DNA of 64,000 nucleotides from Octopus vulgaris. Taxonomy: Eukaryota. The notes below the pieces were generated by a model. The model saw only the letters and a program-made list of their open reading frames with translations. It was not told the origin of the DNA and made no database searches. How positions within the stretch are numbered: the stretch's first letter is position 1; each line of letters opens with the position of its first letter. The DNA is taken from positions 129,890,001-129,954,000 of the forward strand of contig OX597816.1 of assembly GCA_951406725.2 (NCBI GenBank), read 5' to 3'. The position numbers and the translations under genes were made by a program. Below, piece by piece: positions 53,640 through 64,000 of the stretch.

Positions 53640-54265
53640 GCTTTGCCACTCGCAAAAACTGCAGGAGCTTCGCAGAGGTTTTGCAACCTCTCTAAATCCA
53701 TTGTACTGCTGGAAACTCTTCCGTATCGTCAGCAGGTATCTCATGGTCACGGGCATTTCTATCTAATCTATGACCCATACGGACAATATAGGGCCTATAC
53801 GCTTCACTTGAATAGGGCAGCGAGGACTGAACTAGTCTTCACCTACAGAAGGATTCTGCTTGCGGTCTTTTGTCAACTACAGCTATCTTAAGCTAGTTTC
53901 AACTACTGTGCCTATTCACTTGATGGCTTTCTTCAGTTGTCTAGGTTCCAGACCTATCTTCTGCAGGAAATAGCGCTCCGATCGAGATAGAAAGCCGTGG
54001 CAGCAGACTTCAATCGGCATCAAGGCTGCGTGCCAGCCCTTGACAAGTGCCCCGTCGAGTACGTTATGATATTTCGATTTCTTTACCTAGTGGGAAATAT
54101 CGAGTCTCTCCTCCCAGAGCACTGTGAGATCAACCACGGTGATCGTCTTTGTATTCCTGGAGAGCAGCAACATGTCTGGTTGGAATAATGTTACCATTAT
54201 CTCTTCTGGGAAAATATGTCTGCCACTGAAGTCCACTTGCATCTCCAGTCTGGGGCTAAACGCAA
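53640..54265 (-). mobile_element. 5'-truncated RLE-type non-LTR retrotransposon (HERO/NeSL-like), 3' end
   Basis: FPEEIMVTLFQPDMLLLS...VVDLTVLWEE, then KGW...PIEVCCHGF: PD...ELTVPWE restriction-like endonuclease with stop codons. Confidence 0.8.
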
Positions 54266-56196
54266 AATAGAAAATAGATTCCCTTTCATTGCTTTCAGAC
54301 AAGAGTAAGTATGATATGAATAAAATTTCTAACAAATATTTTACCTATTTCACATTTAGAATGCAAGCTAATGCCGTTTTATCACAGATTTAATCATATT
54401 TCTGGCAAGTCAACCCAGTTAATTTAGTCACTCATGTAGGACGTTATCAATTCGTTACCCCCACACACACACACACACACTAGACTCAAACGTATGTATT
54501 ACAATCAAAGCCAAACAAGACGAAATTATAGTTTATTAAAAATATATACTTTTCGTCTCTTTCATACATGATCGATACAGCTATATCAGGCTTAATTAAA
54601 TCCGTAGTAGACATCACATTGTTAAATCTCAATCATATATTATCAATGTCTATTAACCCCCCCCCCCTTCCTGTTAAGTTTATCAGAAACAGACATCAAC
54701 TGATTCCTAACACTAGCCATATAAAGTTATATTCTGTTTGGAAGTAGCCAAAGCTAACGTCATAATTATGATGCGATTGAACTACCTGAACAAATGCCAA
54801 TAGTTAGTTTTATTTAATATTAACAAAGCTCATAGCGGTGAGCTGGCAGAATCGTTACAGGCCAGACAAAATGCTCAGTGGTATTTCGTGTCTTTACGTT
54901 CTGAGTTCAAATTCTGCCGACGTCCACTTTGCCTTTCATCTTTTCAGTGTTGATAAAATAAGTACTAGTTGTGTATTCGGTTTTCACCTTCTCCCCAGAC
55001 TTGCTGGCCTTGTGCCAAAACTTTAAACCAATATTAGCAACGCTCGGAGATTGCCATTACTTTTATTGGGAATTCATAGAAAATATTTAATATTGGTTCA
55101 CAAGATATGTCTACTGTAAGTACTATGTTCGAGCTTGTGTTTTTGTTAGTGGAAAATGAATGCTTAGTCGTTAACATCTCCAGATATATGTCCAATGTTT
55201 GGACATATATTAAATAATCTGTACGTCTATTGAATTAGACGTACAGATTTTTTAATTAATTTTTTTTAACTAAACGCTTTCAAACTTCCGATACTGGTAG
55301 AATGTGTCACATAGAACAGAATTTGTTTTTAACGTTTTTGACAGAATTTTGTATTTTAGAAGTTATTTCGTCAGAAGTTACATAGTGACAATGGACAAAT
55401 TCCTGTTTGGTAAGTGCCAACACATGAAACTCTCAGCTTTTGATTTACTAAAGTCTGCCGATGATATATATACATATCACACATATGTGTAAAAAAAATC
55501 TCATCACGCAATGAAAGAGCGTGTCGACCTGGTCGCTCGACACGCTAAAAATAGCACGCCCATTGTATGTAATATCCTAGATTATCCCAAAAAGACGGTT
55601 TGCTGAATGTTGGAATGTCTTTGATGATATGTTTGCAGTATCAGGTTTTATTTGAGGCTAAATAACAACATTATGGTCAATTTCTATATCAACATTTGCA
55701 CAATTTTCACTAAGGAAAAAAGACCAAAAAATAGGATTTTTTTTGCGTGGAATCAAGTACCTGACCTCCTAATATGCTGCAAATCTCTTATTTTGGTTCG
55801 GAAAAAATGAAATAGGGGTCCCCCCCCCCCAATCTCGGAATCATTGGAATTTTTTGGGGTTTTTTTTCGTTGGATGAATTCCTGTGACCTCCTAATATTG
55901 CAATGAGGCTGGTAACTGATGGTGTTGGGGTCTTGTCGTTTGTAACTTTTGGTGAGCCATGGTGCAACCAACAACATGGTAGAAATCCCTGCCCATTATT
56001 TGGTGGGATGGTTAATATCAAATAATTCAATCACAATATATATTTTAATTAAACACGAAAAAAAAGTGAAACATTATCATCACTTACATGGAAAAATTGA
56101 AATATTATCTTTCAGTATTTTATAATGTAAAATCTTAAATTATTAATTGACACATTATTAATTATCTTATAACAGTAAGGCTTGGAAAAATCATGA

Positions 56197-56700
56197 ATTA
56201 TATGGGAAAATGCGAGCATGAAAAGTCATATTCTTAAGATTATAAACCTGGAAAAGTACAGGACAAGTTATTACACATGTAAATGTATAGGACAAGCTAT
56301 TACTTCTAGTAAAGGATAAGAAACTTTTTTACTTTAAAATATTGCAGCTAAAATTAAAATTTGAATATTAAAACTTATTTTATTATAGTTTACAAATAAC
56401 ACTATACTTATTTAAGTAAAATTTGGCTAATTAAATACAGAAAAAAGTGACTAATTAGACAAACTTACAAATTAGCTGAACAGTTTTGTACAATAAATTT
56501 TAAACATGAGAACTGTAAAAAGTGATAAATTAGAAAAACTGGCATTCTTTGCCGCAATATTTTAAGTAAAATGTTTCTTATTCTTTACTAGAAGTAATAG
56601 CTTATCCCATACTTTTACAGGTGTAATAACTTGTCCTGTAGTTTTCCAGGTTTATAATCTTAAGAATATGACTTTTCATGCTTACATTTTCCCATGTAAT
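56197..56700. repeat. Inverted repeat with ~150-bp arms (56197-56350 and 56548-56700)
   Basis: GCATGAAAAGTCATATTCTTAAGATTATAAACCTGGAAAA pairs with TTTTCCAGGTTTATAATCTTAAGAATATGACTTTTCATGC. Confidence 0.92.
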
Positions 56701-56714
56701 AATAACATGGGTAT

Positions 56715-56976
56715 CCTCAATGGTGGTGCTTGCACGCACGAGGTGATTATGCACCAACAACATTTTGTTGATCCTCATGATCAAGACGTCCACACACAAA
56801 ATGTGGGAAATATGTGGATGCGGATGAAACGGAAATTGAGACGACAGTTTGGGACATCGGACGAATTGTTTGTTTCATATCTGCATGAGTTTCTCTGGCG
56901 TAATTCCACTGAGAAAAAGAAGACATTTGTTCACTTTCTAGCGACGATCACCAGTCTCCATATATATGCTGTATAA
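56715..56976 (+). mobile_element. Merlin / IS1016 (ISXO2-like) transposase C-terminal fragment
   Basis: HEVIMHQQHFVDP...HTQNVGNMW...K...GTS...SYLHEFLWR matches the HxxVNHxxxFVDPxxxxHTQxIExxW...YLxEFxWR signature; the catalytic E appears as G. Confidence 0.85.
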
Positions 56977-57469
56977 AAGTGTGCTGCTTCTTTTACTACA
57001 TATCTTCCCTTAATTTTATTTACTTTTTTATATAACTAAAATGACAATGTAATAAACGTATTCATATAACATTAACATTAAATCTCAAGTAATGTCGAGA
57101 TTTTTCTAAGATGATCTTTTAATTTATGACAGAGGAAAAGAAGAAAAAGTGGGTGTAAGACATCAGCATATATTTCAGTTATGAAATACCCAACTATATT
57201 AGCAAAAGAAAGTTGCGTAGCAACTTGCATAGCATACCTTGTAAAGGATTGTAACATAAATTGTTAAGCCATTACGATCGTGGCGTGGACAACTGCTGTA
57301 TTTTTTTTTTTTTTTTTTTACTGTTATGCCGTTGCCAATATATATCATTTTTTTCAGTTGCTGAGTTGCTGTTTTCAAAATGCTATAAACTTCGTTAATG
57401 CAAATATCAATGAAAACACCATATTTGAAAGGAATAAATCCATTCCTATGACACATTATTACTTCAATA

Positions 57470-57839
57470 GTGGAGGTGCAATGGCCCAGTGGTTAGGGCA
57501 GCGGACTCGCGGTCATAGGATCGCGGTTTCGATTCCCAGACCGGGCGTTGTGAGTGTTTATTGAACGAAAACACCTAAAATGCTCCACGAGGCTCCGGCA
57601 GGGGATGGTGGTGATCCCTGCTGTACTCTTTCACCACAACTTTCTCTCACTCTTACTTCCTGTTTCTGTTGTACCTGTACTTCAAAGGGCCGGCCTTGTC
57701 ACTCTCTGTGTCACGCTGAATATCCCCGAGAACTACGTTAAGAGTTCTCGTGTCTGTGGAGTGCTCAGCCACGAGCAGGCTGTTCCGTTGATTCGGATCA
57801 ACCGGAACCCTCGTCGTCGTAACCGACGGAGTGCTTCCA
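57470..57839 (+). mobile_element. tRNA-derived SINE, family C, with 13-bp TSD
   Basis: TGGCCCAGTGG A-box, GTTTCGATTCC B-box; TATTACTTCAATA at 57457-57469 and 57840-57852. Confidence 0.85.
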
Positions 57840-59436
57840 TATTACTTCAATATGTGATGTTATTCAAAGAGAAATGTTGATATTCAAAGGAAAGGAAAGA
57901 ACACAACTTCATCGCGAAGATAACACAAACTGTTTTAGCCAAAACAAACGTTTATTACAACTTTAGTTAATGAGAAATTCGGTAAATAAAGGAAATTATT
58001 AAATATATACGTGTATTATCAAGCTAATACTGTGCTTTTGGACTAATAACATTGATTGTAACATTTACAGCTGAGATTTCAACTAAATACGGTAAAATAT
58101 TTATCCCTGTCACTTAACTGTTTCTGCCACTCCAACACTACATCATCATCACCAACGACAAAAGACATTTCCTAAATTTTCTATTTCAAAAAATTAGTAG
58201 ATATGAAGATATCTAGTATCTGACAATTCCAGAACTTTGGCTTTTGTCAGCGTGGTAATCATGGGGTAAATTATGTGGAAAAAACAAGCAGTAACGAACT
58301 CAATGTGCTATGTCGTGAAGGAAAGATGAGATTGACGTTTCGGACAATTTGTCTTTTGTCAAGATAAGTAGAGGTATAGGAAAACAACTTGCTGGAAAAA
58401 ATGTACGTATATTATCCATCAATTATGGCAAACGATGCCGGAACGGAAGTGAGTTAGAGTATGTGGTTTCCGGCGGAGGAGAATGATGAGCAGTGAGTGA
58501 ATCTTAACCCAATGCTGAAAAAATTAAAATGACAAACCATATGTATGAGTGGGAGGACATGGGAAACATTGGAAGTATGCGAGCGGATGAATGATGGGTA
58601 ACCACAAACCGATGTGAGCTCGGTAATATGACAGTATGTGTGATTGGTGATGGGAGAGTGTAATTAGTTTATAGAGGCATCAGGTAGAGGAAGTACTAAA
58701 GTTGATTCAATTGATTAAAAAAATTTCATGGCCGCGGTTCAAGTAACAGTATAAAAATATATTCTGCGTATGTGAAGACGCGTGGCTTAGTGGTTAGGGG
58801 TATTAAGCTGGCGTTCGTAAGGTGGTGATTTGGATTCTCAGCGGCGTGTTGTGTCCTTGAGCAAGACACTTGATTTCACGTTGCTTCAGTTCACTCAGCT
58901 GGCAAAAACGAGTAGTACTTATATTTCAGAGGACCAGGCTTGCCACATTCTGTGTTTGTGGTGTGCTCCCCCATTTCACGAGCAAGCTGTTTCGTTGATC
59001 GGATCAACTGGAAACCTACGAATAACTATAAAAAAAGACTGATTGGTAAACGTGGAATAAGGAATATATAAAAAATAAATTTTTCTTCATTTGAATATTA
59101 TTTTAGTTCAATGAATGTATTGTATCTTAACGTAGGGGAAACTAAAGGAAGAGTTGGTTTATTTTTATAGTTAAAATTTCTCTGAAGATATGTGTTAGAA
59201 CAGAAACACATTAATGCTGAATTCTGAAGTATAATCGCTTTGAAGACGGTGATGCCAAGTGTGAATAGATGAGGATGTTATGAAGGAGATTCATCGGAGG
59301 CGAGATTAATGTATGTACGAATGGAATAGATCCGATCTGAAGTTAGCAGTGATAAAAAACAGGAAAATACAGTTTGACATTTAAGATTTAATTAATGTCT
59401 AATTGAGTAGAATAAGAGAATGTATGTATGTGCGTG

Positions 59437-59474
<38 letters not shown>

Positions 59475-61435
59475 ATATACGCGCGCGCGCACACACACTC
59501 AACTCGGTCCGAAAGGTCAAGAAAGCCTCCCAAATTATACAAACTTGAAAGTCTGTATACTCAACCAATAAATAATATTTTGGACAATGCAAACCACCAC
59601 TAGTTTCTTTGAGAGCCTTTACGTGGTTGCTTGGTCAGCTAGAAATAGCAGCCAAATTTCTTTAAATCACACCTAGCTGTCTCAAATTAAGAAGGGTCGC
59701 ACTGGACAATGTACTCCAAAATACTTATGAACAGTCGGAATGATCATGACTGGGATTTCTTTGGTCATAACTTTGCTCGATCAGGTCCGACTTGGGGTTA
59801 AACAACAATAACGGTTGACCTCCGGGACAGGATTTCTAGGTCAAAGCGAAAACTAAAATTGAAACTTGTTAATAACGTCTTTAACACCAATGACATTCCA
59901 AATGAAAGTTTGCTGCAAAGGAGAGCTAAAATATTCTCGCTATCGCAGCTGCAAATAAACAATTGAAGCTTTGTTTCATATGCAACGTGTAGTGATGATG
60001 ATGATGGTGACGATGATGATGATGATGATGATGATGACGATGATGATACAGACCAGGTGGTGTTACATTAACATGAAACGTATGTGCTTGCTATCTTGGA
60101 CCTGAGTATTCCGTCACGTAAGTATGTGATCAGGTTTCGTGGTGGGGGTAAAAGACGGTGAGGAGATTTGTTATATGTTTATTTATTGTGTTTATTTATT
60201 TATTTCATTCTGTGTCAGCAACACATCTATTTATTGTTTAGCAGAGAAGGCTAGATCACTATCTCCTTTAACTGTTTATGGCAATTGTATTTAATCTGCC
60301 CTTGATGTGAAGGTGATTTGATATATTTGTGTCAGGAAAAAGTTAATCACATCCAAATAAATTTATTTCAGCAGTATTGTATTTCAATATTGTACAACAA
60401 GGGTTTGTGTACATCGCCTTGCTTATAATATGATTGAATGAGACTACAAAGGAGCAGAATGAATTTTTACCAAAATTGTAAACAGCGGCAAAAAGAAAAA
60501 TAGGAAAAACACTTCAGAATTCTCTGAAAAATTAATTATTTCTATAATAGGCACAAGAACAAAAATTTTGTGGGGAAGGGTCTAGTCGATCACTTCAACT
60601 CCAGTGCTCAACTGGTACTTATTTTATCGACCCCAAAAGGATGAAAAACAAAGTCGACCGCAGCGAAATTTGAACTTAGAACGCAGTTCGACTGAAGTAT
60701 GGGCGACTATCAATTAATATTGGTTTCAAATTGTGACACAAGACCAGCAAGTTCGGGGGAAGGGGTAAGTCAATTACATCGACCCCAGTGCTCAATTGGC
60801 ACTTATTCTATTGACCCCGAAAGGATGAAAAGGCAAAGTTGATCGCGGTAAAGCCGGAAGAAATGCCACTAAGTATTTATCTAGTGCGATAACGATTCTG
60901 CCAGTTCGTCGCCTCCATTCTCTAAGAATAATAATTGTAATTCGCCATGAGAATTTCTTACGAAGGCACAAAGCTTCAAGTTTTTACTATGAAAATAAGA
61001 AAATTTAACATTCGTGACCTTTTCATTGACATTAGTGATACATGTGAAAAAACTGTGGCCATTCCTGAGAACTTTACACAACGATCGCCTGATAAATAAT
61101 TCTTGTCTATTAATTTGGCAGCCATTGAAGATTTACATTTTTTCAGCATTGTACTATGGTTTGTTTGTTTTGCTTTCAGGCATTTTTAAGGTTCGACCAA
61201 ATTTAAATATTTCATATAGAAGAATGTAAGTGAACGCATGGCTAGGTAAAGATTTTTGCATTTTGTTTAATAAGACTTGCTTTTTATGGGGTAAAATATA
61301 GAATCAGTATGAGAATCGTTATTGCTGAATACTTTAATTCTCAAATATTTAATGAAAGTGTAGCGAGACTCATTTCCATTTTGGCTTATTGAAGACGATT
61401 AGCATCGTAAAGGCTCAGCACATTAATCTGTGATA

Positions 61436-61680
61436 ATTGGTCGTCTTACCACCTATCATGTGAGGTTTGAACATTGGTTGAGCCCTGTGCTTTGATTGGT
61501 TGAGCCCTGTGCTTTGATTGGTTGAGTATTGCGTGGAATATTGATTGAAGATCCAATCATGTTGCGCGTAATATATTCTCAAACTAATATGAATGTGCGC
61601 TGGAGGGAGCTTACCCTCCTATAAATAGGTCTATCAAATCATCTCTGAGCAGAGTGGGGGCGATTTTCAAGAAGGTAAGT
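61436..61680 (+). promoter_or_regulatory. Candidate Pol II promoter: CCAAT-box array, TATA box, downstream splice donor
   Basis: ATTGG at 61436, 61473, 61495 and 61517 (22-bp tandem repeat), CCAAT at 61553, TATAAATA at 61620 and AG|GTAAGT at 61675. Confidence 0.45.
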
Positions 61681-62329
61681 CATGTTATCTCCTACCGTTA
61701 TTCACCTGAACAAAATTAATATAACGAAGCACATGTAGCCAACGACGACCTGAGCTGAATTATCCAAATGATGGCTGAACTATACAACCACCTGAATTCA
61801 TGATGTGTTTACTTTGTCCCACTGTATTTATTTGAAGGAAGAATAAAGTCTCGCTGTTATTTTTAAAGTTTATTTCTTGTATTATTTCCACGAATGAACA
61901 CGCCACATATATTATATAATGGTATTCAAGATTCCGTAGTAAAACTAAGGGAGACACCGTTAAAAAAGTAAGGTGGTGAGTTGGTACAGTCGTTAGTACT
62001 CTGGACAAAATGCTTAGCGACATTTCGTCCGTCTTTACAATCTGGGTTCAAATTATGCGAGTTCGACTTTACTTTTCATCTCCTTTCGGAGTCCATAAAA
62101 TAGGTACCAGTTGAGCACTGGAGTCGATGTAATCTTTGGGTGCATCAAGTTTCAGTATGAATAGTTGCAAGCAGAGAGAAGATGAAACCCATCTCTCCCC
62201 ACCCCCATTTCAAACTGAAGTTCTCGTTTCTACAATTCTTCATATAAGTAAAGAGCTGATAAAACCTCTAATTGAACAGGAGAATAAAAAGGGAGTTACG
62301 TAAACGTTGATTGATGAGGAGATAAGCTA

Positions 62330-63900
62330 AAATATCGTAGAAACTGTAATCGTAGTCAATGAGCAGCTAGTGCGCAGCTTTCAATAGAATTTTGCAGATT
62401 TCTTAGCCAGTCTGACACTAAAGACGTTCTCAAGCAATTTTGGTTATACCAGTTTCAATAAGTGACAGGAAGTCAATGTCGGGGGGCGCTATGGCCCAAC
62501 ATAGCTGGTGCGTTTTCATCTCTCAGTCACCTTACTATGCAGTAACTTTATGTATTCTATTTCTCATCATGATTTGGTAGTTTCTCATGGGAAGGCTTTG
62601 ATCATGTGCTGCTATCCATCGACCTCAGCTTTCAGTATTGCAATTTTCACCCAGTGCCGCAGATTTTTACTGCGTACTGCTACCCTACTCAGCTTTATCA
62701 CATATTGGCAATGCAGACGATTTTCCTGACATCGTTTTACATAACATTCTACAGTCCTTCTATTGTTATTTCTTCTTTTTCGTCGCAACTATCTGTTATT
62801 TCAGCTTGTTTTGGATTTGTAGGCTTCCTTGCAGACAGAAAACGGTTTTTGCTTGTTTGGTTCGTGTTTTGTAGCTGTTTATTTTATTTTTACATTATTC
62901 TTTACTAGATTTTTTGTAGTCCTATAACGGCTATTAAATAAATAGTTTACTAGTTGCATAAAAACCTTACCCTACATGGTAAAAATTTTTTTTTTGTGAG
63001 TTAGATTTTACTCCTTTCTTTTGCATGACGTGGTGTTGTAATTATTAAGGTAATGCATCTATAACACACCATCCTAACTTTATCTTCCATTTGTTTTTTT
63101 GCTGTACACTCTATTTCATTGATTATAAGTATTTGCAAGTCTATGTTCGTTGTAATTCTTAGTTACTTTATCTAGCATGATGTTAGTATTTTCAATAAAC
63201 ATTCCTCTTTTCATTGTGGCCTTTCTAACCTGTATGCCGTGTCAATTTCTCTTATATTCTATATACTCTTTACAATGGTGTTTTATCTAAGTCCGGTTCA
63301 GCTTAACATGCAAGTTACAAGTTTGAGGTCCAGAAAGTAAAGGAGTTGAGAATATTTTACATCTCATGGAGATGTATTTAATTTTTATAAATTCCGTCTT
63401 GTATGTATCTGCAAAAATTATTAACCATTTACTCTTGACATCCTTCACGTATCTTCTTATTGCTAGGACTATCTTTCACATAATTGATGTCTCCAGATTC
63501 ACGTGAGTGAAACATGGTCAAAAGTCTTCTGGTAATCAATCCATGTTATATTCAAACATTTCTTTTTCTTCTTCGGTCTTCAGTTATAGCCTTGTTGATC
63601 AGTAACCGATCTTTAACACCATGAAGGCTTTGCAGCATCTTCGGAAAGCATCTCCAACCATCAGCTCCTTGCAGCATATTTTGCTCTTCTTGAAACATTT
63701 GTTATATTTTGTCTTGTTTTGTTTTCGCGTATCTATTTACTTTCTACGATATATTTGCTTTGTATGTCATAGGATTTGTTGTTTCTTTAATCTAAGAGAT
63801 TAAATTGGATTTCCTGCCAGTGTGTTTAGTCAAGTGTTTTTTCTGACCCCATCAATATCTCGTTAAACTCCTCTAGCAACTGATGTCTCTGCTAAATATT
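62330..63900 (-). mobile_element. Decayed R4/Dong-clade LINE remnant
   Basis: Minus-strand fragments GVKDRLLINKAI, WIDYQKTFD and LKAE...AAHDQSLPMRNYQ resemble R4-clade RT and C-terminal motifs; many frameshifts. Confidence 0.7.
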
Positions 63901-64000
63901 TTAATCATTGTTTGGAACTTTATCATGTCTTAGTGCTTTCCAGTAGGGGTTTTTCTTTTCTTTATTTTTTTTCGGGTTTTTTTTTTGTAGTGCTTCGGTT

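Noticed and set aside
57470-57545. tRNA gene
   Set aside because: The tRNA-like head continues into a SINE body bounded by TSDs and has no proper acceptor stem.

Overview
AT-rich, microsatellite-dense eukaryotic DNA. Its tRNA-derived SINE families look like those of Octopus (inferred from sequence, not checked against a database). One host protein-coding gene is supported: a RabX6-like small GTPase with two coding exons (31400-31579 and 50418-50858, 206 aa, 18,838-bp phase-0 intron), aberrant G4/G5 nucleotide-binding motifs and a Rac-type KKKK-CLLL C-terminus. Most other ORFs in the track are microsatellite or SINE artefacts. The rest is SINEs, Helitron-like elements, MITE/foldback inverted repeats and remnants of mariner, Tc1-like, Merlin, HERO-like, R4/Dong-like and possibly Penelope elements. 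The most notable observation is an ORF-less tandem array of about 534-bp units (23308-25320), lying between an assembly gap and a ~750-bp (TA)n tract. Each unit carries an intact minimal type I hammerhead ribozyme on the minus strand, an architecture like retrozymes or Penelope pseudo-LTRs that predicts ~535-nt self-cleaved and possibly circular RNAs. Further minimal or degenerate hammerhead motifs occur in other dispersed repeats in the window.
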